DNA of 64,000 bases, taken from Longimicrobiales bacterium. Lineage in GTDB: Bacteria > Gemmatimonadota > Gemmatimonadetes > Longimicrobiales > Gaopeijiaceae. Below are positions 43,928-54,600 of this stretch, in pieces. The translations under genes were made by a program, and so were the position numbers. The stretch spans positions 1,248,001-1,312,000 of the forward strand of contig CBDDCX010000008.1 of assembly GCA_965226375.1 (NCBI GenBank). The letters are read 5' to 3'. How positions within the stretch are numbered: the first letter of the stretch is position 1; the number at the start of each line of letters is the position of its first letter. Under the pieces are notes generated by a model. That model was given only the letters and a program-made list of their open reading frames with translations, was not told where the DNA came from and made no database searches.

Positions 43928-45424
43928 TCAACGACGTTTCGCCAAGAAGGCCTGCAGGCTGCTCTCCTTCCTGGCGAGCGCCTCTACATCATCGATCTCG
44001 ATGGGGATCCATTCACTGATCCAATCGTGGCCGTCTTCGGTAACGATGACGTCGTCCTCGAACGCGATACGGGGTCCATCCGGCGGGGCTACGCCCTGCT
44101 CGATGGAGAGAGCCATCCCTGCCTGAAGGGGTGCTTCATAGTCACCCTCGTCGTGGACCTCCATCCCGATGAAGTGACCGATGCCGTACCCGTAGTACTG
44201 ATCGTACCCGCCAGCATCGCGAAGCATTCGGACCGCCAGGTCGTGCAATTCCCGCCACGTCACACCGGGCCGAATCCGGGAAATGACGGTCTTCTGCACG
44301 TCGAGAGCGATCTCGTACAACCGGCGTTGCTTGTCGTCCAAGCTCCCGTCGATGGGGATGTTTCGCTGTAGGTCGGCGGAGTAGTGATTGAATTCCGCTC
44401 CGGTGTCGGTATGGACGATGTCGTCACTCTGAAAAACGTCGCCTCCGGAGCGTGGCACGTATTGAATGAACCCCTCGGGGATGCGAGGACCCGACCTCTC
44501 ACGGCCGTTGATCGGGCTCCGTGCTACCGACGTCGGGAATCCGAGATCCGCCCCCCGGTATCGGTAGACGAAGTCCATGACCTCCATCACCTCCCTCTCC
44601 GTCATCCCCACTTCCGCGCCGCTCAACGCCTCGATGATTCCCTCACCGGTGATGTCAACGGCTCGACGTATGTTGGCGAGACCATACCCGTCGTGGAGCA
44701 TCCGCACGGGATCGAGGAGATCCGATGCGTCCAACAGCTCCATTTCAGGCGAGAACTGTTCGAAGCGCTTGAAGAGCTCGAGGCGCGGGGGCTCCGGCAT
44801 GCCGAGGCGGAAAAATCGCGGATAGTTCAGATAAAGCGTCTTGTGGTCGCGTCCCCACGCCTTGGAGAGCGCGGCCGCGAAGGGCCACCTGCGGAGCTGA
44901 GTGATACGCCAATCACGGTAGTCCGTCATGGCCACGGACAGTTCCTCTTCGAGCTCGCCATAGGGTCTGACGTCTTCGATCCCCGTGACCTGCCGGACAA
45001 AGTCGGGATCCGCAGAGGTGAACAGCACCACCCAGTCTTTGTCGGGCGTCGGCACCAGGAGAAGAGCGGAGCCTACGCTCTGGAGTCCCTCGAGCCCCGT
45101 GAGGAAGATGAAGTCGTGGTTGTCGCTGTGAGGCACTTGGAACTCCAGCCGGCGCGGCTGCACCCACTCCACCGAGTGGACCAGCATGGCGCCGTCGGGA
45201 ATAGACTGCAGCACCCGCTGACGCCGCTTGGCGAAGGTCGCTCGCAGCATGTCCGGATCCGGGTTGTCCAGATCGAAACGCTCGGCCAGAGCCGCTTCTT
45301 CCGAGTAGTCATAGTCAAAGGCTCGCTCCTGCGCCCGGAGGTCCTCCGTCTCGAAACCCAGACCTGAACAGACCATCATCGTTAAGAATACGGTGAGTGT
45401 CCTCGCACCTGTGACGTGGCTCAT
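43928..45424 (-). CDS. Second exported M24 aminopeptidase
   Basis: DTG…YSAD, GHFIGMEVHD, SIEQG, FEDD. Confidence 0.88.
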   Translation of the reverse strand: MSHVTGARTLTVFLTMMVCSGLGFETEDLRAQERAFDYDYSEEAALAERFDLDNPDPDMLRATFAKRRQRVLQSIPDGAMLVHSVEWVQPRRLEFQVPHSDNHDFIFLTGLEGLQSVGSALLLVPTPDKDWVVLFTSADPDFVRQVTGIEDVRPYGELEEELSVAMTDYRDWRITQLRRWPFAAALSKAWGRDHKTLYLNYPRFFRLGMPEPPRLELFKRFEQFSPEMELLDASDLLDPVRMLHDGYGLANIRRAVDITGEGIIEALSGAEVGMTEREVMEVMDFVYRYRGADLGFPTSVARSPINGRERSGPRIPEGFIQYVPRSGGDVFQSDDIVHTDTGAEFNHYSADLQRNIPIDGSLDDKQRRLYEIALDVQKTVISRIRPGVTWRELHDLAVRMLRDAGGYDQYYGYGIGHFIGMEVHDEGDYEAPLQAGMALSIEQGVAPPDGPRIAFEDDVIVTEDGHDWISEWIPIEIDDVEALARKESSLQAFLAKRR

Positions 45425-45472
45425 ACTCGATCTTTCCTCGGAGTTTGTGGGCGAGCCGGAGAGTACCGGCCA

Positions 45473-47098
45473 CTAATAATTCCACCACGGTGTATCCAAC
45501 AAGGCGGGTTGGTTCTGCATCACGTGCTGTGCCATTTCCTTCAATCGCACATCCATCGACACGGGCCCTGAATAACAGTGCCCTTCTCCTCGACCATACG
45601 AGAAGTAACCCGGATAGTGCGGATTCTCGGTGGTCTTCATCCAGGCCTCCATCTCCAGCACGGCGTTGTTGAGATAGAAGTTGTCCATGTCACCGGTATA
45701 GATGCGCACCTTGCCCACGAGCTTGGGACCCAGCCAGCTCCAGTTCGTCTTCATGTAGTGGAGCAGGTCGTAGTTCTCGCGCCAATACTCGACAACCTCC
45801 GGGTGAATCACGCCCGAACGCTTGTCGTAGAGCGGAGCGAAGAATCCGTCTTCGCCCACGGGGCCGTATACGGCTGCCCAGATGTCGAGCTGTTGCCCCG
45901 ACCGTCCACGTGTGCCACTCACCAACTCGAATCGGTTTCGTTGGGCAGACGTAAGGCGCACGTCACCGTTCACTTCCCGGGTATTGATCGTGGGCACATT
46001 GAACCAGCCCCGATTCTTGTAGAAGGCGTTCTCATCTTCATAGACGTTCACACCTTCGACATTCGTGAACGTGACCGGATCCGGACAGTAGGACCAAGTC
46101 CCACCGAAGAAGTCCGGGTGGTAGATCTGGAGAGCCAGCGATTCCCATCCCCCGGTCGAGCCGCCGTCGAGCAAGCGGGCCCAAGGTTGTTTGATGATTC
46201 GGTAGCGTCGCTCGATCTCCGGTATGAGCTCTTGCAGAATGGCATCGCCGTAAGGGCCGACGTTGGCCGAATTCACAGCGTAGGAATCATCGAAGTACGG
46301 GGTCGGGTGCTGGAAGGTGACGACGAGCATTCGCGGGAAATCGTCCTCGACCCACTCTTCCCGGACCTGACCACGGAGGGGCTCGGCCAACGAGAAATGG
46401 CCCTGCCGGTACAGAACGGGATATTCGATGGTCTCGTCGTGATAATCCCGTGGGAGAAGAACCGTTGCACCCAGGTAGATGGGTCGACCCCAGAACGCGG
46501 TGAGCGTGGGACTCTCGAAGCGAAAGCGCTCGACCCACTCGGTGTTCTCGGGAATATCCACCGGAGGAATCACGTTGTCGGCCACGAGGCGGACGGAGTA
46601 TCCCTCTGAAGCATCCAGCCGTATCCGTTGTACGTCGCTGTAGAGATTTCCGGGAGAGACGTTGAAGTGCTGACCCTCCCACTGGTCATCGTGCATCCAG
46701 ATCTTGAAGCCGTCGGATCGGGGAAACTCGGAGTAGACGTTCACGAAGGCTTGCACGTAATACTCGCCGTCCGGAAGGTCTGCGAGCTTCTCCACCGGCC
46801 ATCCCAGATCGGTACCGTCGATGACGGTCGTCTGGCCTGCGCGCAGCCCCTCGATATCGCGCCCGAAGAACGGCTCGCCCGTCCGACCAATCTGAAGCCG
46901 GGGCTCCCGCGAGTCGGTCCTGGCGATCATGACGTACACCCGCCCGGTGAGTGGCTCAGGCCGGACCGCTTCGGGCACTACGATCTCGAAACGCGTCTCG
47001 GACGGGTTTTGCGCGGCGGCCGGCTCGGCCATACCCGCCCACGAAGACACCAGCGTCCAGATGACCGCGAATCGGATGTGGGTAACTATTCGTATCAC
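45473..47098 (-). CDS. Exported esterase-like alpha/beta hydrolase
   Basis: Signal peptide, GGSTGGW nucleophile elbow. Confidence 0.8.
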   Translation of the reverse strand: MIRIVTHIRFAVIWTLVSSWAGMAEPAAAQNPSETRFEIVVPEAVRPEPLTGRVYVMIARTDSREPRLQIGRTGEPFFGRDIEGLRAGQTTVIDGTDLGWPVEKLADLPDGEYYVQAFVNVYSEFPRSDGFKIWMHDDQWEGQHFNVSPGNLYSDVQRIRLDASEGYSVRLVADNVIPPVDIPENTEWVERFRFESPTLTAFWGRPIYLGATVLLPRDYHDETIEYPVLYRQGHFSLAEPLRGQVREEWVEDDFPRMLVVTFQHPTPYFDDSYAVNSANVGPYGDAILQELIPEIERRYRIIKQPWARLLDGGSTGGWESLALQIYHPDFFGGTWSYCPDPVTFTNVEGVNVYEDENAFYKNRGWFNVPTINTREVNGDVRLTSAQRNRFELVSGTRGRSGQQLDIWAAVYGPVGEDGFFAPLYDKRSGVIHPEVVEYWRENYDLLHYMKTNWSWLGPKLVGKVRIYTGDMDNFYLNNAVLEMEAWMKTTENPHYPGYFSYGRGEGHCYSGPVSMDVRLKEMAQHVMQNQPALLDTPWWNY

Positions 47099-47210
47099 GA
47101 ATCCCCCTCTGTGAGCGGGTGGTAATCAGCTCTCGTCTTGCAACTCGACGGCCGGGTGGAGTCCTGACGCGTCCGGCGGGAGGGTCTGGTCTCGAACGAT
47201 GCTTCTCTTC

Positions 47211-48728
47211 TTACCGAATCTGCTCGGGCCTCACGGGACCGTCGTCCCAGTACTGAGCACTCGAAACGTTCGGCATTCCCCAGTTGTTACCATTCCATCC
47301 CTGGAAACCCTCCAGGCGGAACGCCCAGAAGCCGGAATTCTCATCACTCACCACGATGAGGCCGTCTTCGTTTCGGATATCCACGCCCCAAGCGCCGTTG
47401 TAGATGTTGCCCGTGGTGGCTTGCGACGGGTTTCGTCCGAGCGGGTCATGAAGCATCGGGTTCTGCCTGGTGTGGTAATACCCGACGGTGAACGGCCGCG
47501 TCGGGTCGGCCATGTTCACGATCTGGAGTCCGTCGTCCTGGGCCGAGATGAACACATCAGGCCAACGAATTTCGTGGTTGTGAGTGGCGCCACCAAACTT
47601 CGGGATCCAAGCGCCGATGCCCGAACCACGGACGATATTGGGCGTCTGGCCTTCGGATCCCGGAGGCCGGAGGTCGAAAAAGCGGACGGGCGAATGCTGA
47701 TACGTGGGCTCGGGCATGCCGAGCGCGTACCGACCGTCCGGGGTGGGAGTGAAGGTGTGCCCGTTCTCGACGCCCGGAATTCCGGTCACGGATGTGAGCA
47801 GTCTCGGGTTCTCCACGTCGGTCATGTCGAAGACGTGGAAGCCGCCCGTTCCGGCGCCGTAGAATCGATCCTGAGCGGCCCCCGGCAGGTAACCGATGTA
47901 CATGTCGTGCCACTGACGACTGCGCGCCGCCGAAGGGTCGGGAACGGCGATCTCGGAGACCGGATCGGTAACCCCCCCGGCCACCTGAGCGATGTCATAG
48001 ATGAAGGCGTCTTCCGACTGGGTCGTGGCGAGGAGCAGAGAGCGACCGTTCGAGTGCCGATAGGCGAATACGTTGTGAAAACCACCGGGCATGTCGGGCA
48101 GCCGCAACTCGGCGACCTTGCGAACCGTCGACCCGTCGGGCAAGTCGGTGACGTCGAAGAGGATCGCGCCCAGGTCGGCATCGGGGCCTCCCTGTCCGAA
48201 TTGACACGACAGAATCACGTAGTAGCGGCTGTCGGCCTTTGCGTACTTGATGTCGACACAGCCCGCACCGAGGTGCAGGTCCGGGTCATCGATCGTCCAC
48301 CGGTACAGCACGCGGGGCTTCTCCGGATCCTCGATACTGATGGCATAGAAGCCCGACGCTCCGTAGCGCTGCGCGATGTACACGAACGGCCGCGCCATGT
48401 CCTGCTCGATCTCGATGTCGGTGTGGCTGAAGGGCACGCCCGGCAGGGGAAGGTGCGAGACCACGTCGATGTTGGGGGTCCCGGGCTGGCCGATAGCGTA
48501 ACCGGTGACGGGCTGGACGCAGGTCGGGTCGCCGAAACAGGTCACCTGGGCTCGAACGGGGACGGCGGTAAGGACGAGGGCCGGCAGGACGATCGCCGCC
48601 AAACACAAGATCAAGACGGCGCAAGGGTCGGCCGTCACGCCGGCTGGAGGCCCGGGCGACTTACAGGTCGCCGAAAAGTCCGGTCGTTGGGCAGAGCGCA
48701 TGGCCGTGCCTTGGTCAGACGTGATCAC
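47211..48728 (-). CDS. Exported LVIVD-repeat (beta-propeller) protein; start uncertain
   Basis: Repeated G-hydrophobic-D-xxxP units (GAILFDVTD, GFHVFDMTD, GLQIVNMADP). Confidence 0.75.
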   Translation of the reverse strand: MITSDQGTAMRSAQRPDFSATCKSPGPPAGVTADPCAVLILCLAAIVLPALVLTAVPVRAQVTCFGDPTCVQPVTGYAIGQPGTPNIDVVSHLPLPGVPFSHTDIEIEQDMARPFVYIAQRYGASGFYAISIEDPEKPRVLYRWTIDDPDLHLGAGCVDIKYAKADSRYYVILSCQFGQGGPDADLGAILFDVTDLPDGSTVRKVAELRLPDMPGGFHNVFAYRHSNGRSLLLATTQSEDAFIYDIAQVAGGVTDPVSEIAVPDPSAARSRQWHDMYIGYLPGAAQDRFYGAGTGGFHVFDMTDVENPRLLTSVTGIPGVENGHTFTPTPDGRYALGMPEPTYQHSPVRFFDLRPPGSEGQTPNIVRGSGIGAWIPKFGGATHNHEIRWPDVFISAQDDGLQIVNMADPTRPFTVGYYHTRQNPMLHDPLGRNPSQATTGNIYNGAWGVDIRNEDGLIVVSDENSGFWAFRLEGFQGWNGNNWGMPNVSSAQYWDDGPVRPEQIR

Positions 48729-48831
48729 ATGGCGGGGAGGTCGGGGTGAATCTATGACCGTTGGTTCGGAAGGACGAGGGCTCCAGTCTGGACCGTCGGC
48801 AAGGCGCGCAGCACATCGAGAAATTCGTGCC

Positions 48832-49716
48832 TCACCAGCATTGGAACGGATGATACTCGATCTCCCGATCCTGCTTCAGTAACTCCTCGGTCGCGGCCAA
48901 CTCCGGACGGTCCTGTGGCACGCCGTTTTCCGCTTGCCCGTCTGGGTAGACGGTGATGGTCGTAGTCTTGGAGAAAATCTTCTTCGCCTTCACTCGCACC
49001 ATTTGAAGGCCGCCATCTACGACGAGTGAGCGGTAGTACACCAGGCTCCCCTCACCGATCACCCTGAACAGCGCACCCAGCACACCGGACAACGGCCGAC
49101 CGGACGTACCGTCGATCTGGTCGAACATGACCAGGTCCCCGAAGACCAACAGCCGGTACGTAATCTCTTGGCGGTTCGTAACGCGGAGCTTGGGCACCGA
49201 GGCCGTATCGACAAAGCTGAACTTGTCGACTCCGTCCGGCCGGTCCGGCCATGAGCTGCGAACGTTGATCGCGAGGGTCGGTTGAGGGCCCTGCTTTACA
49301 GAGTCGACGATGCCGTCGGGTCGATACTCGAGCTGCGTGCCCTGATTCAGGTGGAGCGCCCATTGCAGGTGCTGAGGGGCCTTGGCCGGATCCTCCACCC
49401 CGGCCATCGAAACGAACTCCCAAAAGAGGTACTCGGGGGCAATGTACAACACGCCGCCTGACGGCTCGCGCTCCATAGCGCGCCGAACCAATTGTAGGTA
49501 GAGCGCAGACTGGAATCGTGTCCAGTTCGGTATCGCCAGCAGGTTGTACTCGCCGTGGGAAAACGCGGCCGTGCGCATGTCGGCTGCGAGTTCGGCGCGG
49601 GGGATCGTATCGACGGAGCAAGCCGGTACCTGGGCCCGGGCAGCTTGGGTCATCACAAGCAGCGCCAAAGAGAGCGACCCAAGAGCGGTCAGAGCGGGCC
49701 TACAGCGCTTCGACAT
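48832..49716 (-). CDS. Hypothetical exported protein
   Basis: Signal peptide ending ARA-Q; no recognised motif. Confidence 0.65.
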   Translation of the reverse strand: MSKRCRPALTALGSLSLALLVMTQAARAQVPACSVDTIPRAELAADMRTAAFSHGEYNLLAIPNWTRFQSALYLQLVRRAMEREPSGGVLYIAPEYLFWEFVSMAGVEDPAKAPQHLQWALHLNQGTQLEYRPDGIVDSVKQGPQPTLAINVRSSWPDRPDGVDKFSFVDTASVPKLRVTNRQEITYRLLVFGDLVMFDQIDGTSGRPLSGVLGALFRVIGEGSLVYYRSLVVDGGLQMVRVKAKKIFSKTTTITVYPDGQAENGVPQDRPELAATEELLKQDREIEYHPFQCW

Positions 49717-49864
49717 GACAGGGCTCCAGCACGAGACGGGGCGGAGACCCATGTTCGCCCTTGCCGGACATGGGCGCCAGGGCGCCCGCGCCTTGACCGC
49801 GGTTGTGGAGTCCTCAATGACGTCCCACCTTTCGCGCCTAACCTGCGTCACGGAGCATCATCCG

Positions 49865-50917
49865 ATGACTCAAACGTCTATGCTACGCCTCAAGCTCATC
49901 GCGGTGGCCCGTTTCAGTGCATTCGGGATCGTGGTGGGCACGGCCATCGGCTACGTCAACTTCCTCATCATCGGTGCACAGCCCCAGACGACTATAGGGT
50001 GGGGTGTCATTTCCGGCTTGATGATCGGAGCCGCTGTGGGCGGTATGGAAGTCTTCCTCTTCTTCGGAAGGATGCGCCAGGCACCCTTCCTTGGCCTGTT
50101 GGCCGCCAGGATGCTCGCGTATACCGCCACATTCGTAGTCGGGCTCACGGCGGCGAATGCCGCCCGTCTTGCTGAAGCTCGAGCCTTTTCTTGGGGCCAG
50201 GCGGCTCGATTCTACCTTCTGGAGGAGGGGGTGTTCGTACGAGACTTCTTCCACGTCACGATCGCCTCGTTCGTGTTCGTGTGGATTCTTCAGGCCAGTC
50301 AGCTGCAACGTGGCCGTGACGTGTTCAACTTCATTATCGGCCGCTACCATCGCCCCCAGGAGATGGAACGTGTGTTCCTCTTCGTGGATCTGACCTCGTC
50401 CACGACCATCGCCGAAGAGCTGGGTCATCTCACCTACAGTTCGTTCCTACAGGACTTTTTTTTCGACGTCAACATGGCCGCCCTTCCCTGGAGAGGAGAG
50501 ATCTACCAATACGTGGGTGACGAGGTCGTCGTCTCCTGGCCCATGAACACCGGGACCGATCAGGCACGCTGCGTCCAGTGTTTTTTCGCCATGCTGGACA
50601 CAGTCGAGGCAAGACGGGACGAGTACGTCGAGCGGTACGGAGTCTACCCCAGGTTCAGGGGTGGTATGCACGGCGGAACGGTGGTCGTGACGTGGGTGGG
50701 AGAGATCAAGAAGGAGATCGTCTACCACGGCGACGTTGTGAACACAGCCGCCCGGATCCAGGGCGAATCCAAGAGCGGCCCCTTTTCCTGTCTCGCCTCT
50801 GGCGAGCTACTGAACCAGATCACGCTCCCAAATGGCATAACTGCCACACCGGTGGGAGAAGTGCCCTTGCGTGGGAAGGAGTTCGCCCTGCCGCTCTTCG
50901 GGCTCGAGCGTACCTGA
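49865..50917 (+). CDS. Membrane-bound class III adenylate/guanylate cyclase
   Basis: About four TMs, FLFVDLTSST, QYVGDE, GDVVNTAARI. Confidence 0.9.
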   Translation: MTQTSMLRLKLIAVARFSAFGIVVGTAIGYVNFLIIGAQPQTTIGWGVISGLMIGAAVGGMEVFLFFGRMRQAPFLGLLAARMLAYTATFVVGLTAANAARLAEARAFSWGQAARFYLLEEGVFVRDFFHVTIASFVFVWILQASQLQRGRDVFNFIIGRYHRPQEMERVFLFVDLTSSTTIAEELGHLTYSSFLQDFFFDVNMAALPWRGEIYQYVGDEVVVSWPMNTGTDQARCVQCFFAMLDTVEARRDEYVERYGVYPRFRGGMHGGTVVVTWVGEIKKEIVYHGDVVNTAARIQGESKSGPFSCLASGELLNQITLPNGITATPVGEVPLRGKEFALPLFGLERT

Positions 50918-50930
50918 ACCGGCACGCAGG

Positions 50931-51797
50931 TCAGTGTACCGAGAGGAAGTCGAGCACGATCTCCAGAGACTCCTCCGGGAGCTCCTCGGGGACCAGGTGT
51001 CCACACTCCTCCAGCACCTCGAGCCGCGCCCGGGGAAGCACGTCCAGAAGCTTCTCGCCTACCGAGAGCGGCACGACTCGGTCGTGTCTTCCCCACAAGA
51101 GCAGAGTGGGTACGTCGATCTCCGGGTACCGAGCCGTCATCTCAGCCAAGTTCTCCGGCAAGATTTGGAGGGCCGTATGGATGATCGCCAGGCGGTGATG
51201 TTTGCTCCGGAGCTGCGCAGCGTATCCTTCCACCTGCGCTGCAGTCACTGTGGTCCGGTCGTAGACGATGGCACGCAGTACCAAGCGGACCAGGGGCGCC
51301 TTGGGGATCAACGCGAGTATCCACCGCGTCACACGGCGCCGTTGAGCCAGCGTGATGAACCCGGGAATAGGCTGTGGGTAGGCCGCGCTGGACACCAGGA
51401 TCAGGCGCTCCAACCGTCCCTCGGCAAGCAGGCGAAGGGCCACGAGCAAGGCGATTCCTCCCCCCATCGAGTGACCGACAAGCGTAAGATCGCGCAGATC
51501 TTCCTGAACGATCAGTCGGTGAACGGCCTCGGCATGATCGTGCGGAGAGTAGCGGTCGTCCGAGGGAACCGGCGACGACCCATGGCCTTTCAGATCGACG
51601 GCCCAGACCCGATGACGTTCGGCCAGTCCCGAGACCCACAATCGGAACTCGAAGACACTGGCCGCGAACCCGTGTATGAGCAGGATCGGGCTCCCTGACT
51701 GTCCGTGCCGATCCACGTGCAGGAGTGGGGAATCCCCGTGGGATTCCCGGCGGGATTCCCGGCGGGCGTTCCCGTCGGAATGTGGTTGGGATGTCAC
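50931..51797 (-). CDS. Alpha/beta fold hydrolase
   Basis: LIHGF, GHSMGG, WGRHD, CGH. Confidence 0.9.
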   Translation of the reverse strand: MTSQPHSDGNARRESRRESHGDSPLLHVDRHGQSGSPILLIHGFAASVFEFRLWVSGLAERHRVWAVDLKGHGSSPVPSDDRYSPHDHAEAVHRLIVQEDLRDLTLVGHSMGGGIALLVALRLLAEGRLERLILVSSAAYPQPIPGFITLAQRRRVTRWILALIPKAPLVRLVLRAIVYDRTTVTAAQVEGYAAQLRSKHHRLAIIHTALQILPENLAEMTARYPEIDVPTLLLWGRHDRVVPLSVGEKLLDVLPRARLEVLEECGHLVPEELPEESLEIVLDFLSVH

Positions 51798-51940
51798 CGG
51801 ACGGATCGGGTTTCTGAGTTTGGCTCGGCCTCGACCGGGCCCAGTAGGGCGGAACCTGCGACGATCGAATTATGAGGAGGAGCCTGCACGTTGGCCAGGC
51901 CCCCTACCCCCCCACCGCCCGCCCCCGCATCTTGCTCCCC

Positions 51941-53731
51941 ATGCGTGCTCGAGCCGCCCACACCGCCCCCCTGCTCCTTCCCTTCCTTCTCCTAACCACA
52001 CCCCCAACCCTCCGCGCCCAGCTCAACCAGCAGGTTCTGCGCGCCTACTTGTGGCCCGAGACCAACGCGCAGTTCGAGCAAGCCGAGGCTACCCTCCGCG
52101 CCGCGCCGTGGGCGACCACCGCCACCCGCGCCGACCTACACGACCTCGAAGAGATCTTGCGGGCAGGACCACCCCTCGCCCTGACCCCAACCCCCACCCT
52201 GGGCGACTCCCTAAACGAGCTCGCCGTCCCAACCCCTGGCGGCCGGACCGTGCCCCTCTTGGTCCGCCTCCCAACCTACTACACGCCCGACCGCCAATGG
52301 CCGCTCATGTTCGCCATGCACGGCGGCCCGCCCGGCACCGCCCAAGGCGCCTTCCGGCAGCGCGCTGAACATGATCCAGGTCTGCACGGCGGCCCGCCCG
52401 GCACCGCCCAAGGCGCCTTCCGTAGCGCGCTGAACATGATCCAGGTCTGGGCCGAGCCGGCCGAGACCGCCGGCTGGATCATCGCCTCCCCCGCCATGAT
52501 CGACGTCGTGGCACGGGACGGACGCACGCAGGATCGGCTCCCCTACGAGATTTTCCAGCCTGAGGAGGCCCGCGCAGTTATCGACGCAGTGCGGGCCCGC
52601 TTCAGCGTCAACCCTGATCGGATCGTCTCTACCGGGATCTCGCTCGGATCGAATTTCTCGATCGCATACGCCGCCGCGCACCCGGACTGGTTCTCCGCGA
52701 TCGTCCCGGTCTCGACGGAGGGCGAGTCCCGTGAGCACCTGCTGCGCAACCTGGCGCCGGTGCCGGTCTATGTCCTCGAGGGTTCGCAGGATCCCAACAT
52801 CCGGGGCGTGGGCGGCCCCCGTGCCTTGAACGACATCCTGACGGACCTGGCAAACGACCTGGTGTATCGTAAGTTCGGCGACCGGGCCCACGAAGGGTTC
52901 GCGGAGCACTATCCCGACGTGCTCCGCTGGCTGGACAGCCGCCCTCGCTCCCGGGACCCGAAGAACGTGCTGCGGGTCCCGCATGCCGGGATTTCCGGCA
53001 CGAGTCGGCGGGTACACTGGGTCGAGTCCCGGCACCGGCAGGGGGTCGTCCACGCCCGTGTCACGGACCCGACCGAGATCCGGATCACAGCCCGTTGGAC
53101 CGGTTCCGTCCGGCTCCACCTCAACGACCGGCTGGTCGATCTGGACCGCTCCGTCACGGTCTTCATGAACGGGGAGAGAGTCTTCGAGGGCACGATCGAG
53201 CGCTCAATCCTCACGGCGCTCGAAGGAGTGCGGGAGCTGGGGGACGAACGCCGGGTCTATCCCGTGCGGCTGGACGTGGATGTGCCGAGAACGCCTGCCT
53301 CGATCGAGGCAGGGAGCGCGCTCTGGACGGTGCTGGAGCCTGAGCACGCCGAGGGCGTCCTCTCCTTCTGGGAGATGTACGCCGTGCGAGCTCTCGAAGA
53401 ACGGTTCGAGAGCGTAGGGTTCAGCGGTGAGGACGTGGCATGACCGAGAGGAGTCGAGCCTGTCGCGCCCGAACAGGTCGCGATCCGGGTCACCGAAGTG
53501 GACGGCAGGAGTGCCGCCGCCCTGGCTGGCCTACGTTCGGGTGACGTGCTCCTCACCTTTGGGGGCGAACCCTTCTTCAGCGGCCGAGGAGGCCTGGCGG
53601 GCCTACACCACTGGCTCGTACGCGAGCTGAGAACGCACGCCAAGGAGTACGAGATGCTCGTATGGCGCGAGGGTCGTCTCCTGACGCTTGGTACCGAATT
53701 CGCACTGGGACCTTACCGTCCGCCCCGCTGA
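51941..53731 (+). pseudogene. Exported esterase/peptidase with C-terminal PDZ-like domain; in-frame TGA at 53441-53443
   Basis: MHGG, TGISLG. The same frame continues after TGA into IRVTEVDGRSAAALAGLRSGDVLL (PDZ-like). Confidence 0.7.
52317..52447 (+). repeat. Tandem duplication (66 bp + 65 bp)
   Basis: TGCACGGCGGCCCG…ATCCAGGTC twice; the copies differ only at CCGGCAGC vs CCGTAGC. Confidence 0.95.
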
Positions 53732-53836
53732 CGCCACTCCCTCCGGATAGGTATACGTAGGTTTGAATCGTGAACATACGTATGAATGTCGAGTGCCCTT
53801 CCAGGGGGAATGGCCTGATATCGACTCGTGCTCCAG

Positions 53837-53910
<74 letters not shown>

Positions 53911-54600
53911 GTTTTCAGCACCAAGATAATCTCAAGCCGGCGATCCATCCAACCGACCGTGAAAGATCGTCTACTTCGCACTAGACTACCCGTTAGGAAC
54001 AGATATGAGTCGAACTGGCCATACCCCGCCGGGCCAGACTGCCGGAGAGACCAAGGGTGCCCGACACCAACAGAGAACGGATGGCCATGGTCGAGAGCCA
54101 GCTGAAGGCTCGTGGCATCGCCGACGCGCGCGTCCTCGAAGCGATGGCCTGGGTACCACGAGAGGACTTCCTCCCCGCGGGCCGTCGGTCCTGGGCGTAC
54201 AACGATCGGGCCGTTCCGCTGGGGCTCGGTCAGACGGTCAGCCAACCGTACGTGGTGGCGGCGATGACAGAAGCGCTACTGCTCGGCCCGGGAGACCGGG
54301 TTCTCGAGGTGGGTACGGGAAGCGGATACCAGACGGTTGTGCTCAGCGCTATCGCCTCGGAGGTGTTCTCGATGGAGCGCCTCCCCGATCTTCAGTCCGC
54401 CGCAGAGGAGCGACTGGCGGCCCTCGACATCTCCAACGTGCGGTTTCGAGTCGGTGACGGGTCCCTCGGATGGCCGGACAAAGCCCCGTTCGATGCCGTC
54501 ATCGTCACGGCAGGCGCGCCAGGTGTCCCGCCGGCACTCAAGAGCCAACTGAGCGAAGACCGGAACCTGTCAACGACAATGGGACACTCTACGGGATTAA

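Noticed and set aside
51738..51770. 12-bp repeat GGGATTCCCGGC
   Set aside because: About two copies in a hydrolase N-terminal tail; too short to interpret.
53750..53790. AT-rich patch with CATACGTATG palindrome
   Set aside because: It could be an operator, but it lies between convergent genes with nothing to regulate.
29650..53836. Genomic island integrated at the CAT-tRNA 3' end
   Set aside because: No integrase and no convincing att duplication; only a weak match near 51837.
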